Under the pieces are notes generated by a model that worked only from the letters and a program-made list of their open reading frames with translations, was not told the DNA's origin and made no database searches. Made by a program: the position numbers and the translations under genes. From NCBI GenBank assembly GCA_003555075.1, contig PWHW01000005.1, positions 1 to 52,998 of the forward strand: a stretch of DNA of 52,998 bases. Direction: 5' to 3'. Position 1 is the stretch's first letter. Every line of letters starts with the position of its first letter. This DNA comes from Candidatus Nealsonbacteria bacterium. Lineage in GTDB: Bacteria; Patescibacteriota; Minisyncoccia; Minisyncoccales; PWPS01. Below, piece by piece: positions 35,088 through 45,922 of the stretch.

Positions 35088-36296
35088 ATGATCAAAGATC
35101 TGAAAGCAAGAGAGATACTGGACTCAAGGGGAGAACCGACAATTGAGGTTTCTCTCTTCACTGAAAAAGGTGAGTTTATCTCTTCTGTTCCTTCCGGGGC
35201 ATCTGCAGGAAGTCATGAGGCCAAGGAGCTGCGAGATGGAGAAGAGAGATACTTTGGAAAAGGGGTTTTAAGGGCTGTTCGCAAGATAGAAGAAGAGGTG
35301 CGTCCTCTTCTTATAGGAAGGAAAGTGGATCCAAGAAAAGTGGACGAGCTTTTAGTGGAGACTGATGGGACTTCAGACAAGTCTCGTTTGGGATCAAATG
35401 CTATTTTGGGAGTCTCGATGGCTGCATTTAAGGCTGCTGCCCTTGAAGAAGGAGTGGAGCTTTCCGAATATATTTCCTCTTCATTTGAACTTGAAAGAAG
35501 TATTCCTCGTCCTTGCTTTAATGTGGTGAACGGAGGAGTGCATTCGGGAAGCAATGTCAGTTTCCAAGAATTCATGGTAGTTCCTCATGAAGAATCATTT
35601 GAGAAGAATCTTCGTTTTGCATCTGAACTCCTTCATGCTTTGAAGAGTGCTATTCTAAAAGATTATGGAGTCAGTTCCGTTGATATAGGAGATGAAGGAG
35701 GTTTTTCTATCAAGGCCGGTTCCTCGCAAGAGATACTCTCTTTTTTAAGTAAAAATACAAAAAAAACTTCTTTTTTGATAGACGTTGCGGCCACGGAATT
35801 CCATGAAAAAGGAAATTATCTGCTTGATGGAAAAGTGATGAATAGGGACATGATGATATCTTTTTACGAGGAAATTATGAATGATTTCCCGATCATAGGA
35901 ATTGAGGATCCTCTGGAAGAAAATGATTTTTCCGGTTTTAGGGTGTTGACGGAAAAAATGGGAGAAACAATGATCGTCGGAGATGATCTTTTGGTTACCA
36001 ATCTAGAGAGAATGGAAAGGGCAAACAAAGAGGGGTCATGCAACGCCATGATCTTGAAAATTAATCAAATTGGAAGCGTTTCCGAATCGATCTTGGCAGC
36101 AAAAAAAGCCAAGGAGTTTGGATGGAAAATAATCGTTTCTCACCGTTCGGGGGAAACCAATGATGATTTTATTTCCGATCTTGCCGTGGGGGTAGGGGCA
36201 GATCATATCAAAGCGGGTGCTCCCCAGAGAGGAGAAAGGGTTGCCAAGTATAACAGGCTTTTAAAGCTGGAAAATAATTTGAAAGGTTGCTTATAA
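35088..36296 (+). CDS. eno: Enolase
   Basis: REILDSRG.PT, VPSGAS, GDEGG, EDP, GDDL, KINQIG and SHRSGET motifs. Confidence 0.96.
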   Translation: MIKDLKAREILDSRGEPTIEVSLFTEKGEFISSVPSGASAGSHEAKELRDGEERYFGKGVLRAVRKIEEEVRPLLIGRKVDPRKVDELLVETDGTSDKSRLGSNAILGVSMAAFKAAALEEGVELSEYISSSFELERSIPRPCFNVVNGGVHSGSNVSFQEFMVVPHEESFEKNLRFASELLHALKSAILKDYGVSSVDIGDEGGFSIKAGSSQEILSFLSKNTKKTSFLIDVAATEFHEKGNYLLDGKVMNRDMMISFYEEIMNDFPIIGIEDPLEENDFSGFRVLTEKMGETMIVGDDLLVTNLERMERANKEGSCNAMILKINQIGSVSESILAAKKAKEFGWKIIVSHRSGETNDDFISDLAVGVGADHIKAGAPQRGERVAKYNRLLKLENNLKGCL

Positions 36297-36311
36297 AAAT
36301 ATTATAAGATC

Positions 36312-36716
36312 ATGACTCTTCGCCAAAAACTTTATATAATTCTGGGCGTTTCCATCCTTATTCTTGTGGGTTCGATAATCTACAGGGTGGTTGTCCCGCA
36401 AGAGGAATTTACTCCTCCTGATCAATATTCAAGAGAAGAGGTTGCCGAAGATATACTTGCAATGATGGAAAGGGAAAAAGAGAAGGACCAGGAAGAGAGA
36501 TTCTCTCGAAAGAGAGGGCAATTCAATGAAATAGTAAGAGAGGTTTACTTGACGGAGGAAAGCAAGTTGGATCACTTAAAAGAGAAAGTGGTTTCCGTGG
36601 AGAAGATGGTGGTGGAAATAGAAAGAATGATTGAAGAAGAAGAAACGGAAGAGAGAATTGAAGAGGCTCTTTCAGAGCTTCAAGATGATCTTGATACTAT
36701 CTTAGAGGAGATGTGA
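36312..36716 (+). CDS. Hypothetical membrane-anchored coiled-coil protein
   Basis: N-terminal TM helix, Glu-rich helical remainder; co-directional with eno and gpmI. Confidence 0.65.
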   Translation: MTLRQKLYIILGVSILILVGSIIYRVVVPQEEFTPPDQYSREEVAEDILAMMEREKEKDQEERFSRKRGQFNEIVREVYLTEESKLDHLKEKVVSVEKMVVEIERMIEEEETEERIEEALSELQDDLDTILEEM

Positions 36717-36746
36717 CCATTTGTCTCAAAAGAGCTTGGAAAGTAA

Positions 36747-38273
36747 ATGAAAAAGATCATGAAAAAGGGTAAAACAAAAGCCATTTTCATTGTAAGGGAT
36801 GGGTGGGGCTACAGAAAAGAGGAGGACTCCAACCTTATTGCCTCGGCAAACACTCCGAGCAATGATTCTTTAAAGGCCGATTATCCGTGGACTCTTCTTG
36901 AGTCTTCCGGAGAAGCGGTGGGGGTTCCAAGAGGATATCAGGGCAATTCCGAGGTGGGGCATCTCACCATAGGAGCCGGAAGAGTTATAAAACAGAGCCT
37001 TAAAAGGATAAATGAAGCAATAGACAACAAGAGTTTCTTTAAAAACAGCGAATTCCTTGAGGCAATAGATAATTGTAAGAAAAACGGTAGTCGGTTGCAT
37101 ATTTGCGGCCTTCTTCAGAAAGAGGGCGTGCATTCTCACATGGATCATTTATTTGCTTTGTTGGACCTTTGCAAGAAGAGGGAGTTCAAGGATGTATATA
37201 TTCATGTGATCACAGACGGAAGAGATGCGTCTGTGACAAAAGGGAGAGATTATCTCCATGAACTTGAAAATAAGATCGCATCATTGGGACTGGGGGAGGT
37301 GGCAACCATTTCGGGTAGGTATTATGCAATGGACAGGGATGAGAGATGGGAAAGAACAGAGAAGTCTTTCAATGCCATTGTAAGAGCCTTGTCAAAAGAA
37401 GATTTTAAGAATCCTCTCGAAAAGATCGAGGATTGTTACAAGAAAGGGGAGACCGATGAATTTATAGTTCCCCGAAAAAAAATTGATTACGAAGGTGTAA
37501 AAGAAGGAGATGCTTTCATCTTTTTCAATTTCAGAACTGACAGACCCCGTCAGCTTACGAGAAGAATAATGGAGAGTGAAAAAATTTTCTTTGTAGCTAT
37601 GACTGATTATTATCCCTTCATGAATGCCAGAATCGCTTTTCCGGAAGAGAAGCATGATAATATTTTGGGAGAGGTGCTTAGCAGAAAGGGAATAAAACAG
37701 CTTAGAATAAGTGAAACAGAAAAGTATGCACATGTCACTTTCTTTTTTAACGGACAAAAAGAGGATCCCTTCAAGGGAGAGGATCGGATAATGATACCGT
37801 CTCCTTCTGTCGATACATACGACAAGAAACCCGAGATGAGTGCTAAAGAGGTAGGTGAAAGAACAAGGAGCGAGATTCGGTCTGGGAAATATGATTTCAT
37901 TTTGGTTAATCTTGTCAATGGTGATATGGTGGGACATACGGGAAACAAGGAAGCCATAATCAAAGCCATCGAGGCTGTGGACAAAGAGACGGGAAAGATA
38001 GTGAAAGAGGGACGAGAAGAAGGGTATGATATCTTTGTTTTTGCCGATCACGGGAATGCCGAAGAAAAGAAGGGAGAAAGAATGACAAGTCATACCACGA
38101 ACCCCGTTCCTTTTATTCTTGTATCAGAGAAAGTAAAGACATTAAAAGAAGGAATGGGCTTGAAGGACATTGCTCCCACTCTTTTATCTTTAATGGGTAT
38201 AGACAAACCTCGGGAAATGACGGGGGAGAACATTTTTGAAAGCGATTTTCTTGATAAAAAAGGGGAGTCGTAA
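36747..38273 (+). CDS. gpmI: 2,3-bisphosphoglycerate-independent phosphoglycerate mutase
   Basis: DGWG, GNSEVGH, GVHSH, GRYYAMDRD, ETEKYAHVTFF, DMVGHTG and ADHGNAE motifs. Confidence 0.96.
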   Translation: MKKIMKKGKTKAIFIVRDGWGYRKEEDSNLIASANTPSNDSLKADYPWTLLESSGEAVGVPRGYQGNSEVGHLTIGAGRVIKQSLKRINEAIDNKSFFKNSEFLEAIDNCKKNGSRLHICGLLQKEGVHSHMDHLFALLDLCKKREFKDVYIHVITDGRDASVTKGRDYLHELENKIASLGLGEVATISGRYYAMDRDERWERTEKSFNAIVRALSKEDFKNPLEKIEDCYKKGETDEFIVPRKKIDYEGVKEGDAFIFFNFRTDRPRQLTRRIMESEKIFFVAMTDYYPFMNARIAFPEEKHDNILGEVLSRKGIKQLRISETEKYAHVTFFFNGQKEDPFKGEDRIMIPSPSVDTYDKKPEMSAKEVGERTRSEIRSGKYDFILVNLVNGDMVGHTGNKEAIIKAIEAVDKETGKIVKEGREEGYDIFVFADHGNAEEKKGERMTSHTTNPVPFILVSEKVKTLKEGMGLKDIAPTLLSLMGIDKPREMTGENIFESDFLDKKGES

Positions 38274-38311
38274 TACAATGGGGTAATAAAAAGCGGTAAT
38301 TTTTACTTCTT

Positions 38312-38554
38312 ATGGCTAAAAAAGTACGCATATACTCCACACCAACCTGTACTTATTGTATCGTGCTCAAAAGATATTTGGATGAGAAAGGTGTGGATTA
38401 TGAGGAAGTCGATATAAGTAAAGACGAGAAAGCTCAAAAAGAAATGGTGGAAAAAACGGGGCAAATGGGCGTTCCTGTAACAGAAATAGGTGAGGAGCTG
38501 GTAATAGGTTTTGATAAAAATAAAATAGAAGAGCTTTTAGATGATAAACAGTAA
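38312..38554 (+). CDS. Glutaredoxin (NrdH/YruB-like)
   Basis: YSTPTCTYC, GQMGVP and GFD motifs. Confidence 0.9.
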   Translation: MAKKVRIYSTPTCTYCIVLKRYLDEKGVDYEEVDISKDEKAQKEMVEKTGQMGVPVTEIGEELVIGFDKNKIEELLDDKQ

Positions 38555-38572
38555 TTAAAAATTTACAGATCC

Positions 38573-39601
38573 ATGCCCTCAAGAATCGCTATAAACGGTT
38601 TTGGAAGAATAGGAAGAGCCGTTTTCAAAAACATAATACGTAATTATTCCGATGAAATGGAGATCGTGGCAATAAACGATCTCACGGATTCGGAAACCTT
38701 GGTTCACCTCTTAAGGTACGATTCGGTTTACGGAATGTATGAGGAAGAGCTATTGATGGATGACGGGTTTCTTCTGGTAGGAGAAAGAGGGGAAGATTCA
38801 AAGATAAAGCTTTTTTCTGAAAAAGATCCTCTTGGTCTTCCTTGGGAGGATCTGGATATCGATATAGTGTTGGAATGCACAGGGTTGTTTACCGATCATG
38901 AAGGGGCAAAGAAGCATCTTGATGCGGGAGCAAAGAAAGTTATTATTTCCGCCCCTTCAAAAGACCCGGAAAAAGTACCCTCTTTCGTGATGGGTGTGAA
39001 CGAAAAAAGTTATGATTCCGGCAGTGATGATATTGTTGATATGGGATCTTGTACTACCAATTGTTTGGCTCCCATTCTGAAGATCATTCATGATAATTTT
39101 GGCGTGGAACGTGGCATGATGACCACCATACATAGCTATACGGCCAATCAGAATCTTTTGGATGGTCCTCATAAGGACAAAAGGAGGGCGAGGGCTGCCG
39201 CTGAGAATATTATTCCCACTACCACCGGTGCGGCAAGAGCTATAGGGAGAGTTCTTCCCGAATTGGAAGGAAAGGTGGAGGGCATGGCTATACGGGTTCC
39301 CACACCCACTGTTTCTGTAATAGACCTTGTATGTCGTTTAAAAGAGAGTGTTACGGAAGAAGATCTCAAGAATATTTTTAAAGGGGAATCCGAAAAAGAG
39401 GGCTTAAGAGGGATTCTGGGAGTGGAGGATGCTCCCCTTGTCTCTTCCGATTATATAGGAAGCAATTTTTCTTCCGTAGTGGACTCGGAACTCGTATCTT
39501 CAAACGAGAAAATGGCAAAGATCTTTGCATGGTATGACAATGAGTGGGGCTATTCCGCCAGACTTGCCGATTTTGCTTATTATATATCAAAAGAATTATA
39601 A
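38573..39601 (+). CDS. gap: Type I glyceraldehyde-3-phosphate dehydrogenase
   Basis: AINGFGRIGR, SCTTNCLAP, RVPT and WYDNEWGY motifs. Confidence 0.97.
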   Translation: MPSRIAINGFGRIGRAVFKNIIRNYSDEMEIVAINDLTDSETLVHLLRYDSVYGMYEEELLMDDGFLLVGERGEDSKIKLFSEKDPLGLPWEDLDIDIVLECTGLFTDHEGAKKHLDAGAKKVIISAPSKDPEKVPSFVMGVNEKSYDSGSDDIVDMGSCTTNCLAPILKIIHDNFGVERGMMTTIHSYTANQNLLDGPHKDKRRARAAAENIIPTTTGAARAIGRVLPELEGKVEGMAIRVPTPTVSVIDLVCRLKESVTEEDLKNIFKGESEKEGLRGILGVEDAPLVSSDYIGSNFSSVVDSELVSSNEKMAKIFAWYDNEWGYSARLADFAYYISKEL

Positions 39602-39619
39602 AAGTTAACGAAAATTCTT

Positions 39620-41527
39620 ATGCACAAAAAAGATGGCATGTATTACCCATCTGAAGAGATTGCTGAGGGTGCGCATGTAAACAGTGAGCATATCTATAAA
39701 GAAGCTGAGAATGATCCTGTTAAATTCTGGGAAGATAGAGCAAGAGAGATTGATTGGAGAGAGGAATGGGAGACATCTTTCATCCACAAACCTCCTTACT
39801 TTGAGTGGTTTCTCGGAGGGAAACTCAATATTACGGAGAGTTTTCTTGACAAAAACAAGGATAGCGATAAAACAGCTATTATCTTCTGCCCCAATTCTCC
39901 GGATGAGGAAGAGAGAAAAATAAGTTACAGAGAGCTTTACAGAGAGGTGAATCGGTTTTCCAATGCCTTAAAGAGAATGGGGGTTAGAAAAGGGGAGTCG
40001 GTGGGAATATATCTTCCCATGATACCTGAAGCTATATTTGCTCTACTTGCATGTGCACGCATCGGAGCAATGCATGCGGTTGTCTTTTCGGCTTTCAGTC
40101 CTTCTGCCTTGAGAGTTAGGATGCAGGATGTGGGCGCGAGGGTTCTGATAACTGCCGATGGATTTTCTAGGGCGGGGGAATTCATAGAGTTGAAAAAACA
40201 GGCCGATGAAGGGATAAAAGATACTTCCGTAGAAAAAATGATAGTGGTGAAAAGAGGAAGTAATGAGATTGATTTTACCGAAAAAGATGTGTGGTATCAT
40301 GAGATCATAAAAGAAGAAAGCGAAGAATGCCCCGCTGAGATAATGGATAGTGAGGACCCTTTCTTCGTGCTTTACACAAGTGGATCTACAGGAAAACCCA
40401 AGGGAGTACTTCATGCTTGCGGGGGTTATGCTGTACAAGCAAAAGCCACTGGGAAGTTAATATTCGATCTCAAGGGGAGTGATGTTTTTTGGTCCACCGC
40501 AGATATAGGGTGGATCACAGGTCATACTTACACTGTTTATAGCCCTCTTTTAAATGGTGCAACTTTGTTGCTCTTTGAAGGTGTTCCCAATTGGCCTGAA
40601 CCGGACAGGTTTGCCAAAATAATCGAAAAGCACAAAGTTACTGCCTTTTACACCGCGCCCACGGCCGTGAGAATGTTGAAAACACAACTTGGTGACTTTC
40701 AACGTGAATTGGATAGCTTAAGAATATTGGGATCGGTGGGCGAACCAATAGATGAGGATTCTTGGGAATGGTTCTATAAGATAGTAGGAAAAGAAAGATG
40801 TCCGCTAGTTGACACTTGGTGGCAGACTGAAACAGGGGGTATTTTGATGAGTTCTCTTCCCGGGGTGGGACCCTTTAAGCCTACTTTTGCGGGCAGACCA
40901 TTTCCCGGAGTAAAATTCAAGGTTTATGATGAAGATGGCAATGAAATGCCTCCCAATAAAGAGGGGGATCTTGTGATACTTCCTCCTTTTGCACCGGGAA
41001 TGTTGAGAGGGGTCTATAAGAATGATGAGAAATATAGAGAAGAATATTTTTCGGTGTTCGGCGAGGAGGTTTATTATACTTCCGATACGGCATATTATGA
41101 TGAGAAAGGCCTTTTCAGAATAGTGGGAAGAGCAGATGATGTTATAAAGGTTGCGGGTCATAGGCTCTCTACGGGAGAGCTTGAGAATGCCATTTCAAAA
41201 CATGAGGATATAGTGGAATGTGCCGTGGTCGGTATTAAGGATGAAATAAAAGGAGAAGCTCCCGTGGCTTTTGTGGTATCGAATTCAGGTAAGGATTCCG
41301 ATGATCTCGTTGGGGAGGTAAAGAAGATGTTAATGAGTGAAATAGGTCCCATAGCCTCTTTGAAGCAAGTGTACATTGTCCCTGATCTTCCAAAGACCAG
41401 GTCCGGTAAAATAATGAGAAGGATTATGAAAAAGATATTCTCGGGAGAGGATCTCGGGGATCTTTCTACACTTGCAAACCCCGAGAGCGTAGATGGTCTC
41501 AAAGAAGAAATACAAAAAGGGCAATAG
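39620..41527 (+). CDS. acs: Acetyl-CoA synthetase (AMP-forming)
   Basis: YTSGSTGKPKG, ADIGWITGH, SVGEPI, DTWWQTETG and LPKTRSGKIMRR motifs. Confidence 0.95.
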   Translation: MHKKDGMYYPSEEIAEGAHVNSEHIYKEAENDPVKFWEDRAREIDWREEWETSFIHKPPYFEWFLGGKLNITESFLDKNKDSDKTAIIFCPNSPDEEERKISYRELYREVNRFSNALKRMGVRKGESVGIYLPMIPEAIFALLACARIGAMHAVVFSAFSPSALRVRMQDVGARVLITADGFSRAGEFIELKKQADEGIKDTSVEKMIVVKRGSNEIDFTEKDVWYHEIIKEESEECPAEIMDSEDPFFVLYTSGSTGKPKGVLHACGGYAVQAKATGKLIFDLKGSDVFWSTADIGWITGHTYTVYSPLLNGATLLLFEGVPNWPEPDRFAKIIEKHKVTAFYTAPTAVRMLKTQLGDFQRELDSLRILGSVGEPIDEDSWEWFYKIVGKERCPLVDTWWQTETGGILMSSLPGVGPFKPTFAGRPFPGVKFKVYDEDGNEMPPNKEGDLVILPPFAPGMLRGVYKNDEKYREEYFSVFGEEVYYTSDTAYYDEKGLFRIVGRADDVIKVAGHRLSTGELENAISKHEDIVECAVVGIKDEIKGEAPVAFVVSNSGKDSDDLVGEVKKMLMSEIGPIASLKQVYIVPDLPKTRSGKIMRRIMKKIFSGEDLGDLSTLANPESVDGLKEEIQKGQ

Positions 41528-41548
41528 AATCTAATAACGCAATTGATC

Positions 41549-42469
41549 ATGCTTATAGTCATTGGACATAAAAATCCCGACACTGATACGGTTGTTTCAG
41601 CTGAAATGTTCTCACGTTTCCTTAAAGATGAAGGAAAGAACGCACAATCAGCCATTCCCGGAGAAGTGAACAATGAAACAAAGTTCGTTTTTTCCCGCTT
41701 GGAAGAGAAAATTCCTCGCATAGTGACAGAGAAAGAAAAAAATGAAGGAGAGTTCTTTCTTGTTGATCATAATGATATGAGGCAAAGTGTGGCCAAAAAA
41801 GAGAACGTATGGGGAATTCTGGATCACCACCTCTTATCCGGATTAAGAACTGATAGTCCCATATATTGCAGAATAGAACCGCTCGGAAGTACTTGCACTC
41901 TTATTTATAAGATGATGAAAGACAGAGGAATGAATCCTGACAAAAAAGAGGCGGCGCTTCTTCTTTCGGGCATAATCTCTGACACTCTCAATCTTAATTC
42001 TGCCACTACTACCAGCGAGGATATAGATCTTTATTATGAGCTTGTTGATATTGCGGGTATCGATCCCGAAGATTTTGCCAAGGGAATGTTTGAAGCAAAA
42101 TCAGATTTTTCGGGAATGGAGATGAAAGATATTATTCGTGGGGATTTGAAGGAATATGAATTCGGGGGCAAAAAGGTGGGCATTGGGGTTGCCGAGACCA
42201 CTTCCCTCAAGTTCTTTAAAGAGAACGAGAATGATGTCGTAGAAAATATAGTGAAGGTGAAAAAAGAAGAAGGTTTTGATGCTCTTTTCTTTGGAGTGGT
42301 GGATATAATAAATCAAGATACTTATCTTTATCCGGCGGAAGAAGAAGAGGTTGAGTCTATCAAGAAAGTTTTTAAGGGAAGAAGAGAAGGTAAGTTCTTC
42401 CTATTGAAAGGAACTTCTTCCAGAAAGAAAGAGATCGCTCCGCCCTTATCGGAATATTACGGCACATGA
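41549..42469 (+). CDS. ppaC: Mn-dependent inorganic pyrophosphatase (family II, DHH)
   Basis: GHKNPDTD, LVDHN, DHH, ISDT and SRKK motifs. Confidence 0.93.
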   Translation: MLIVIGHKNPDTDTVVSAEMFSRFLKDEGKNAQSAIPGEVNNETKFVFSRLEEKIPRIVTEKEKNEGEFFLVDHNDMRQSVAKKENVWGILDHHLLSGLRTDSPIYCRIEPLGSTCTLIYKMMKDRGMNPDKKEAALLLSGIISDTLNLNSATTTSEDIDLYYELVDIAGIDPEDFAKGMFEAKSDFSGMEMKDIIRGDLKEYEFGGKKVGIGVAETTSLKFFKENENDVVENIVKVKKEEGFDALFFGVVDIINQDTYLYPAEEEEVESIKKVFKGRREGKFFLLKGTSSRKKEIAPPLSEYYGT

Positions 42470-42542
42470 TTCCACCTTCTTCATTCAATAAATTTATCAC
42501 CGAGGCCTTTGTAAATAAAAGGAAATTTTTATAACACGTTTT

Positions 42543-44894
42543 ATGCCAAAATACACTGTACCATATAGTCAAATATCTCAAGAAGACCTTTCGCTTGTCG
42601 GGGGAAAGAATGCTTCTCTGGGAGAAATGATAAGAGCGCTTTCAAGCAAAGGAGTGGCTGTACCCGGGGGATTTGCTGTTACTACGGAAAGTTACTGGTC
42701 CTTCTTTGAAGAGAACGGGATAGAGGAAGAGCTGAAAAAGATATTGGGAGAATTTGACAGAGAAAGTACTAAAAGCCTTAGAGAGACTGGAGAAAGGGCA
42801 AGAGAGGTGATAATGAAGGGAAAATTTCCGGAGGAGGTGGAAAGATCCATCAGGTCGTCTTACAGGGAAATGTGCCGTGAAAACGATAATTTGAGTGTGG
42901 CAATAAGATCGTCCGCCGTATGTGAAGATGCTCCGGATGCTTCTTTTGCGGGGCAATTTGAAACTTTTCTTAATGTATCGGGAGAGGAGGAGGTGTTGGA
43001 AGCGGTAAAGAAATGTATTGCTTCTTCTTTTAATGACCGCGTTATCGCATATAGAGAGGAAAAAAAAGTTCCTCATTTGAAATTTGCTCTTTCGGTGGGA
43101 GTTCAAAGAATGGTGCGTTCCGATCTTTCTTCTTCCGGTATAATGTTCACTCTTGATACGGAAAGTGGCTTTCGGGATGTGGTCTTGATAAATTCCATTT
43201 TTGGAGTGGGAGAGATGATAGTACAGGGAAGTATAACTCCTGATGAGTTCTATGTATTTAAGCCCACTCTCAAAAAAGGCTATCCTGCCATCATCAGAAA
43301 GGACCTCGGAAGGAAGACCAAACAATTTACGTACAATGAAGATGGAGGCTTAAAAGAAGAGGAAGTTGCAGAGGAAAAAGCTTTGCGATTCTCTATTACC
43401 AATGAAGAAATACTTACTCTTTCAAAATGGGCTGTGATCATAGAAGAGCATTACGGGAGACCCCAAGACATTGAATGGGCGAAGGATGGATTGACGGGAG
43501 AGCTCTTTATTGTTCAGTCCCGCCCGGAAACCATTCATGCTCCCAAGGATACTCGGGTCTACAAGGAGTACGATCTTCAAACGGACAGGGAGCCCATACT
43601 GAAGGGTATTGCTGTCGGAGAAAAAGTGAATTATGGAAGAGTAAAGGTTATAGAGGATGTAAATGAAATGGAGAAGTTTGAAAAAGGGGATGTGCTTGTA
43701 ACAAGAATGACAGACCCGGATTGGGTGAGCATAATGAGATTGGCTGCCGCTATAATCACCGACGAAGGAGGTAAAACCGCGCATGCTTCTATTGTTGGAA
43801 GAGAGCTTGGAATACCTACTATTGTCGGAACAGAAAAGGGAACAAAGGTTTTAAAGGACGGAATGGAGGTTACCGTGGATTGTACACAAGGATTAAGTGG
43901 AAAAGTTTATGAAGGAAAGGTTCCGTTCTCGGTCAATGAACATGATCTTGAAAAAGTGCCCGGAACGAAGACCGGAGTAATGCTTAACATAGGAACCCCT
44001 GAAATGGCTTTTAGGGCCTCGCATCTTCCCTGTGAAGGAGTTGGACTTGCAAGACTGGAGTTTGTTCTTGCCGAAAAGGTTAAGGTTCATCCTTTGGCAC
44101 TTTGCGAGTTTGATAAAATAGAGGACGAAGCTTTAAAAGAGAAGATAGGAAGGATTACCGTAGAACACGATAATAAAGAAGAGCATTTTGTTAAGGAGCT
44201 TGCGGAAGGAGTTGCGCAGATCGCAGCAGCCTTTTATCCTAAAGAGGTGATCGTTAGACTTTCAGATTTTAAAACCAATGAATATCGTAATCTAATAGGA
44301 GGAGAGCTTTATGAAAGAGAAGAATCCAATCCCATGATAGGTTTTCGAGGAGCCTCTCGTTATCTCAATGAAAGGTTTTATCCTGCCTTTAAATTGGAGT
44401 GTGAGGCATTAAAAAGAGTAAAAGAGGTTTTTGGATTGAACAATATATCTCTTATGATTCCCTTTTGCAGAAGCATAGAGGAGGGTGAGAAAGTTAAAGC
44501 AAGCATCAAGGAACAAGGATTGGACGATGTGGATATATATGTCATGGCGGAAATTCCTTCTAATTTGATTCTTGCCAAAGGATTTGCTGAAGTTTTTGAC
44601 GGGTTTTCAATAGGAAGTAACGATTTGGCACAATTGACACTTGGAGTGGATAGGGATAATTCACTTTTATCCAAAAAGTATGATGAAAATGATCCGGCAG
44701 TCAGAGGATTTATAGAAAGGTTTCTTTGGGAGGCGCACGAGGTGAATAAGAAAGTTGGAATATGCGGAGAGGCTCCGGCCATAATACCCGGATTTGTTGA
44801 TTTTCTTGTAAGAAGTGGCATTGATTACGTTTCTGTTAACCCGGATTCCTTTGTGCAAACAATAAAGAAGATTCATCAAGAAGAGAAGGAGTAA
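42543..44894 (+). CDS. ppsA: Phosphoenolpyruvate synthase
   Basis: GGKNASLGEM, ED...ASFAGQ, DIEWA, Q.RPET, GG.TAHA, SDFKTNEY, FSIGSNDL and GICG motifs. Confidence 0.95.
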   Translation: MPKYTVPYSQISQEDLSLVGGKNASLGEMIRALSSKGVAVPGGFAVTTESYWSFFEENGIEEELKKILGEFDRESTKSLRETGERAREVIMKGKFPEEVERSIRSSYREMCRENDNLSVAIRSSAVCEDAPDASFAGQFETFLNVSGEEEVLEAVKKCIASSFNDRVIAYREEKKVPHLKFALSVGVQRMVRSDLSSSGIMFTLDTESGFRDVVLINSIFGVGEMIVQGSITPDEFYVFKPTLKKGYPAIIRKDLGRKTKQFTYNEDGGLKEEEVAEEKALRFSITNEEILTLSKWAVIIEEHYGRPQDIEWAKDGLTGELFIVQSRPETIHAPKDTRVYKEYDLQTDREPILKGIAVGEKVNYGRVKVIEDVNEMEKFEKGDVLVTRMTDPDWVSIMRLAAAIITDEGGKTAHASIVGRELGIPTIVGTEKGTKVLKDGMEVTVDCTQGLSGKVYEGKVPFSVNEHDLEKVPGTKTGVMLNIGTPEMAFRASHLPCEGVGLARLEFVLAEKVKVHPLALCEFDKIEDEALKEKIGRITVEHDNKEEHFVKELAEGVAQIAAAFYPKEVIVRLSDFKTNEYRNLIGGELYEREESNPMIGFRGASRYLNERFYPAFKLECEALKRVKEVFGLNNISLMIPFCRSIEEGEKVKASIKEQGLDDVDIYVMAEIPSNLILAKGFAEVFDGFSIGSNDLAQLTLGVDRDNSLLSKKYDENDPAVRGFIERFLWEAHEVNKKVGICGEAPAIIPGFVDFLVRSGIDYVSVNPDSFVQTIKKIHQEEKE

Positions 44895-44925
44895 GAAGAT
44901 TTTTTTCCCTTTTTACGGGGATTGC

Positions 44926-45918
44926 ATGCAAATGTTTGATATTATTACATTCGGATCCGCTACCAAGGATATTTTTCTAAAAACGGAAGAAGGTTTTATT
45001 ACTGAGCGAGGTGATTTTTCTACAGGGAGGGGTATTTGTTTTTCCTTGGGATCCAAGATAAATGCTCGAGAGATATATTTTACCTCCGGAGGTGGAGGTA
45101 CCAATGCTGCCGTTACTTTTGCAAAACAAGGTTTTTCGGTGTCATATTGCGGAAAAGTGGGTGCGGATAGCGCAGGGGGTAACATCACGAATGATCTTCA
45201 CGATTATGGAGTTGACACTTCTCTTTTATCTTCCACAAAAGAAGAATTGACCAATCATTCCGTAGTAATCGATGTGCCTGACAAAGACAGAACTATCTTT
45301 GTTTACAGGGGAGCTTCCGATTCATATTGTGCGAAGGAAGTGGATTTTGAAAGATTGAAGGCTCGTTGGTTCTATATTGCTCCTTTTTCTGTTTCTTGCA
45401 AATATTTGTTTTACGATCTTGTAAGTCATGCCAAAGATAATGATATAAAAGTAATGGCCAATCCAAGCAAATCTCAATTGAGGGATGATAAGACAAAGGA
45501 GTTTCTCAAGATCGTGGATGTTTTACTGCTGAACATGGAGGAAGCAGCGATACTTACGGGGGTGCCATATGGGAAAACAAGAAACATATTGGAAGAGGTT
45601 ACTTGCTATGGAAAGAGCATGGTGCTTGTAACGCAAGGACCCGAAGGAGTTTATGGGTACGATAAAAATATTTTTTACAAGGCAAAACCCTTGATGACAG
45701 GTGCGGTAGATAGAACAGGAGCGGGGGATTCATTTGGCTCAGGGTTTTTGTCAAGGTTCATAAGAACGGGAAATATACAGGAATCAATAGAGCTCGGAAT
45801 AGCGAACTCTACTTCATGTCTTCAAAAAAAGGGAGCCAAGCACGGTCTTCTTAGAGAGGGCGATGGATACGAGAGAATACCGGTCATTACTGGTAAAATA
45901 GAAGATTTTATAAGATAA
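44926..45918 (+). CDS. PfkB family carbohydrate kinase
   Basis: GGGGTNAA, LNMEEA, VTQG..G and DRTGAGDSFGSG motifs. Confidence 0.9.
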   Translation: MQMFDIITFGSATKDIFLKTEEGFITERGDFSTGRGICFSLGSKINAREIYFTSGGGGTNAAVTFAKQGFSVSYCGKVGADSAGGNITNDLHDYGVDTSLLSSTKEELTNHSVVIDVPDKDRTIFVYRGASDSYCAKEVDFERLKARWFYIAPFSVSCKYLFYDLVSHAKDNDIKVMANPSKSQLRDDKTKEFLKIVDVLLLNMEEAAILTGVPYGKTRNILEEVTCYGKSMVLVTQGPEGVYGYDKNIFYKAKPLMTGAVDRTGAGDSFGSGFLSRFIRTGNIQESIELGIANSTSCLQKKGAKHGLLREGDGYERIPVITGKIEDFIR

Positions 45919-45922
45919 AAAT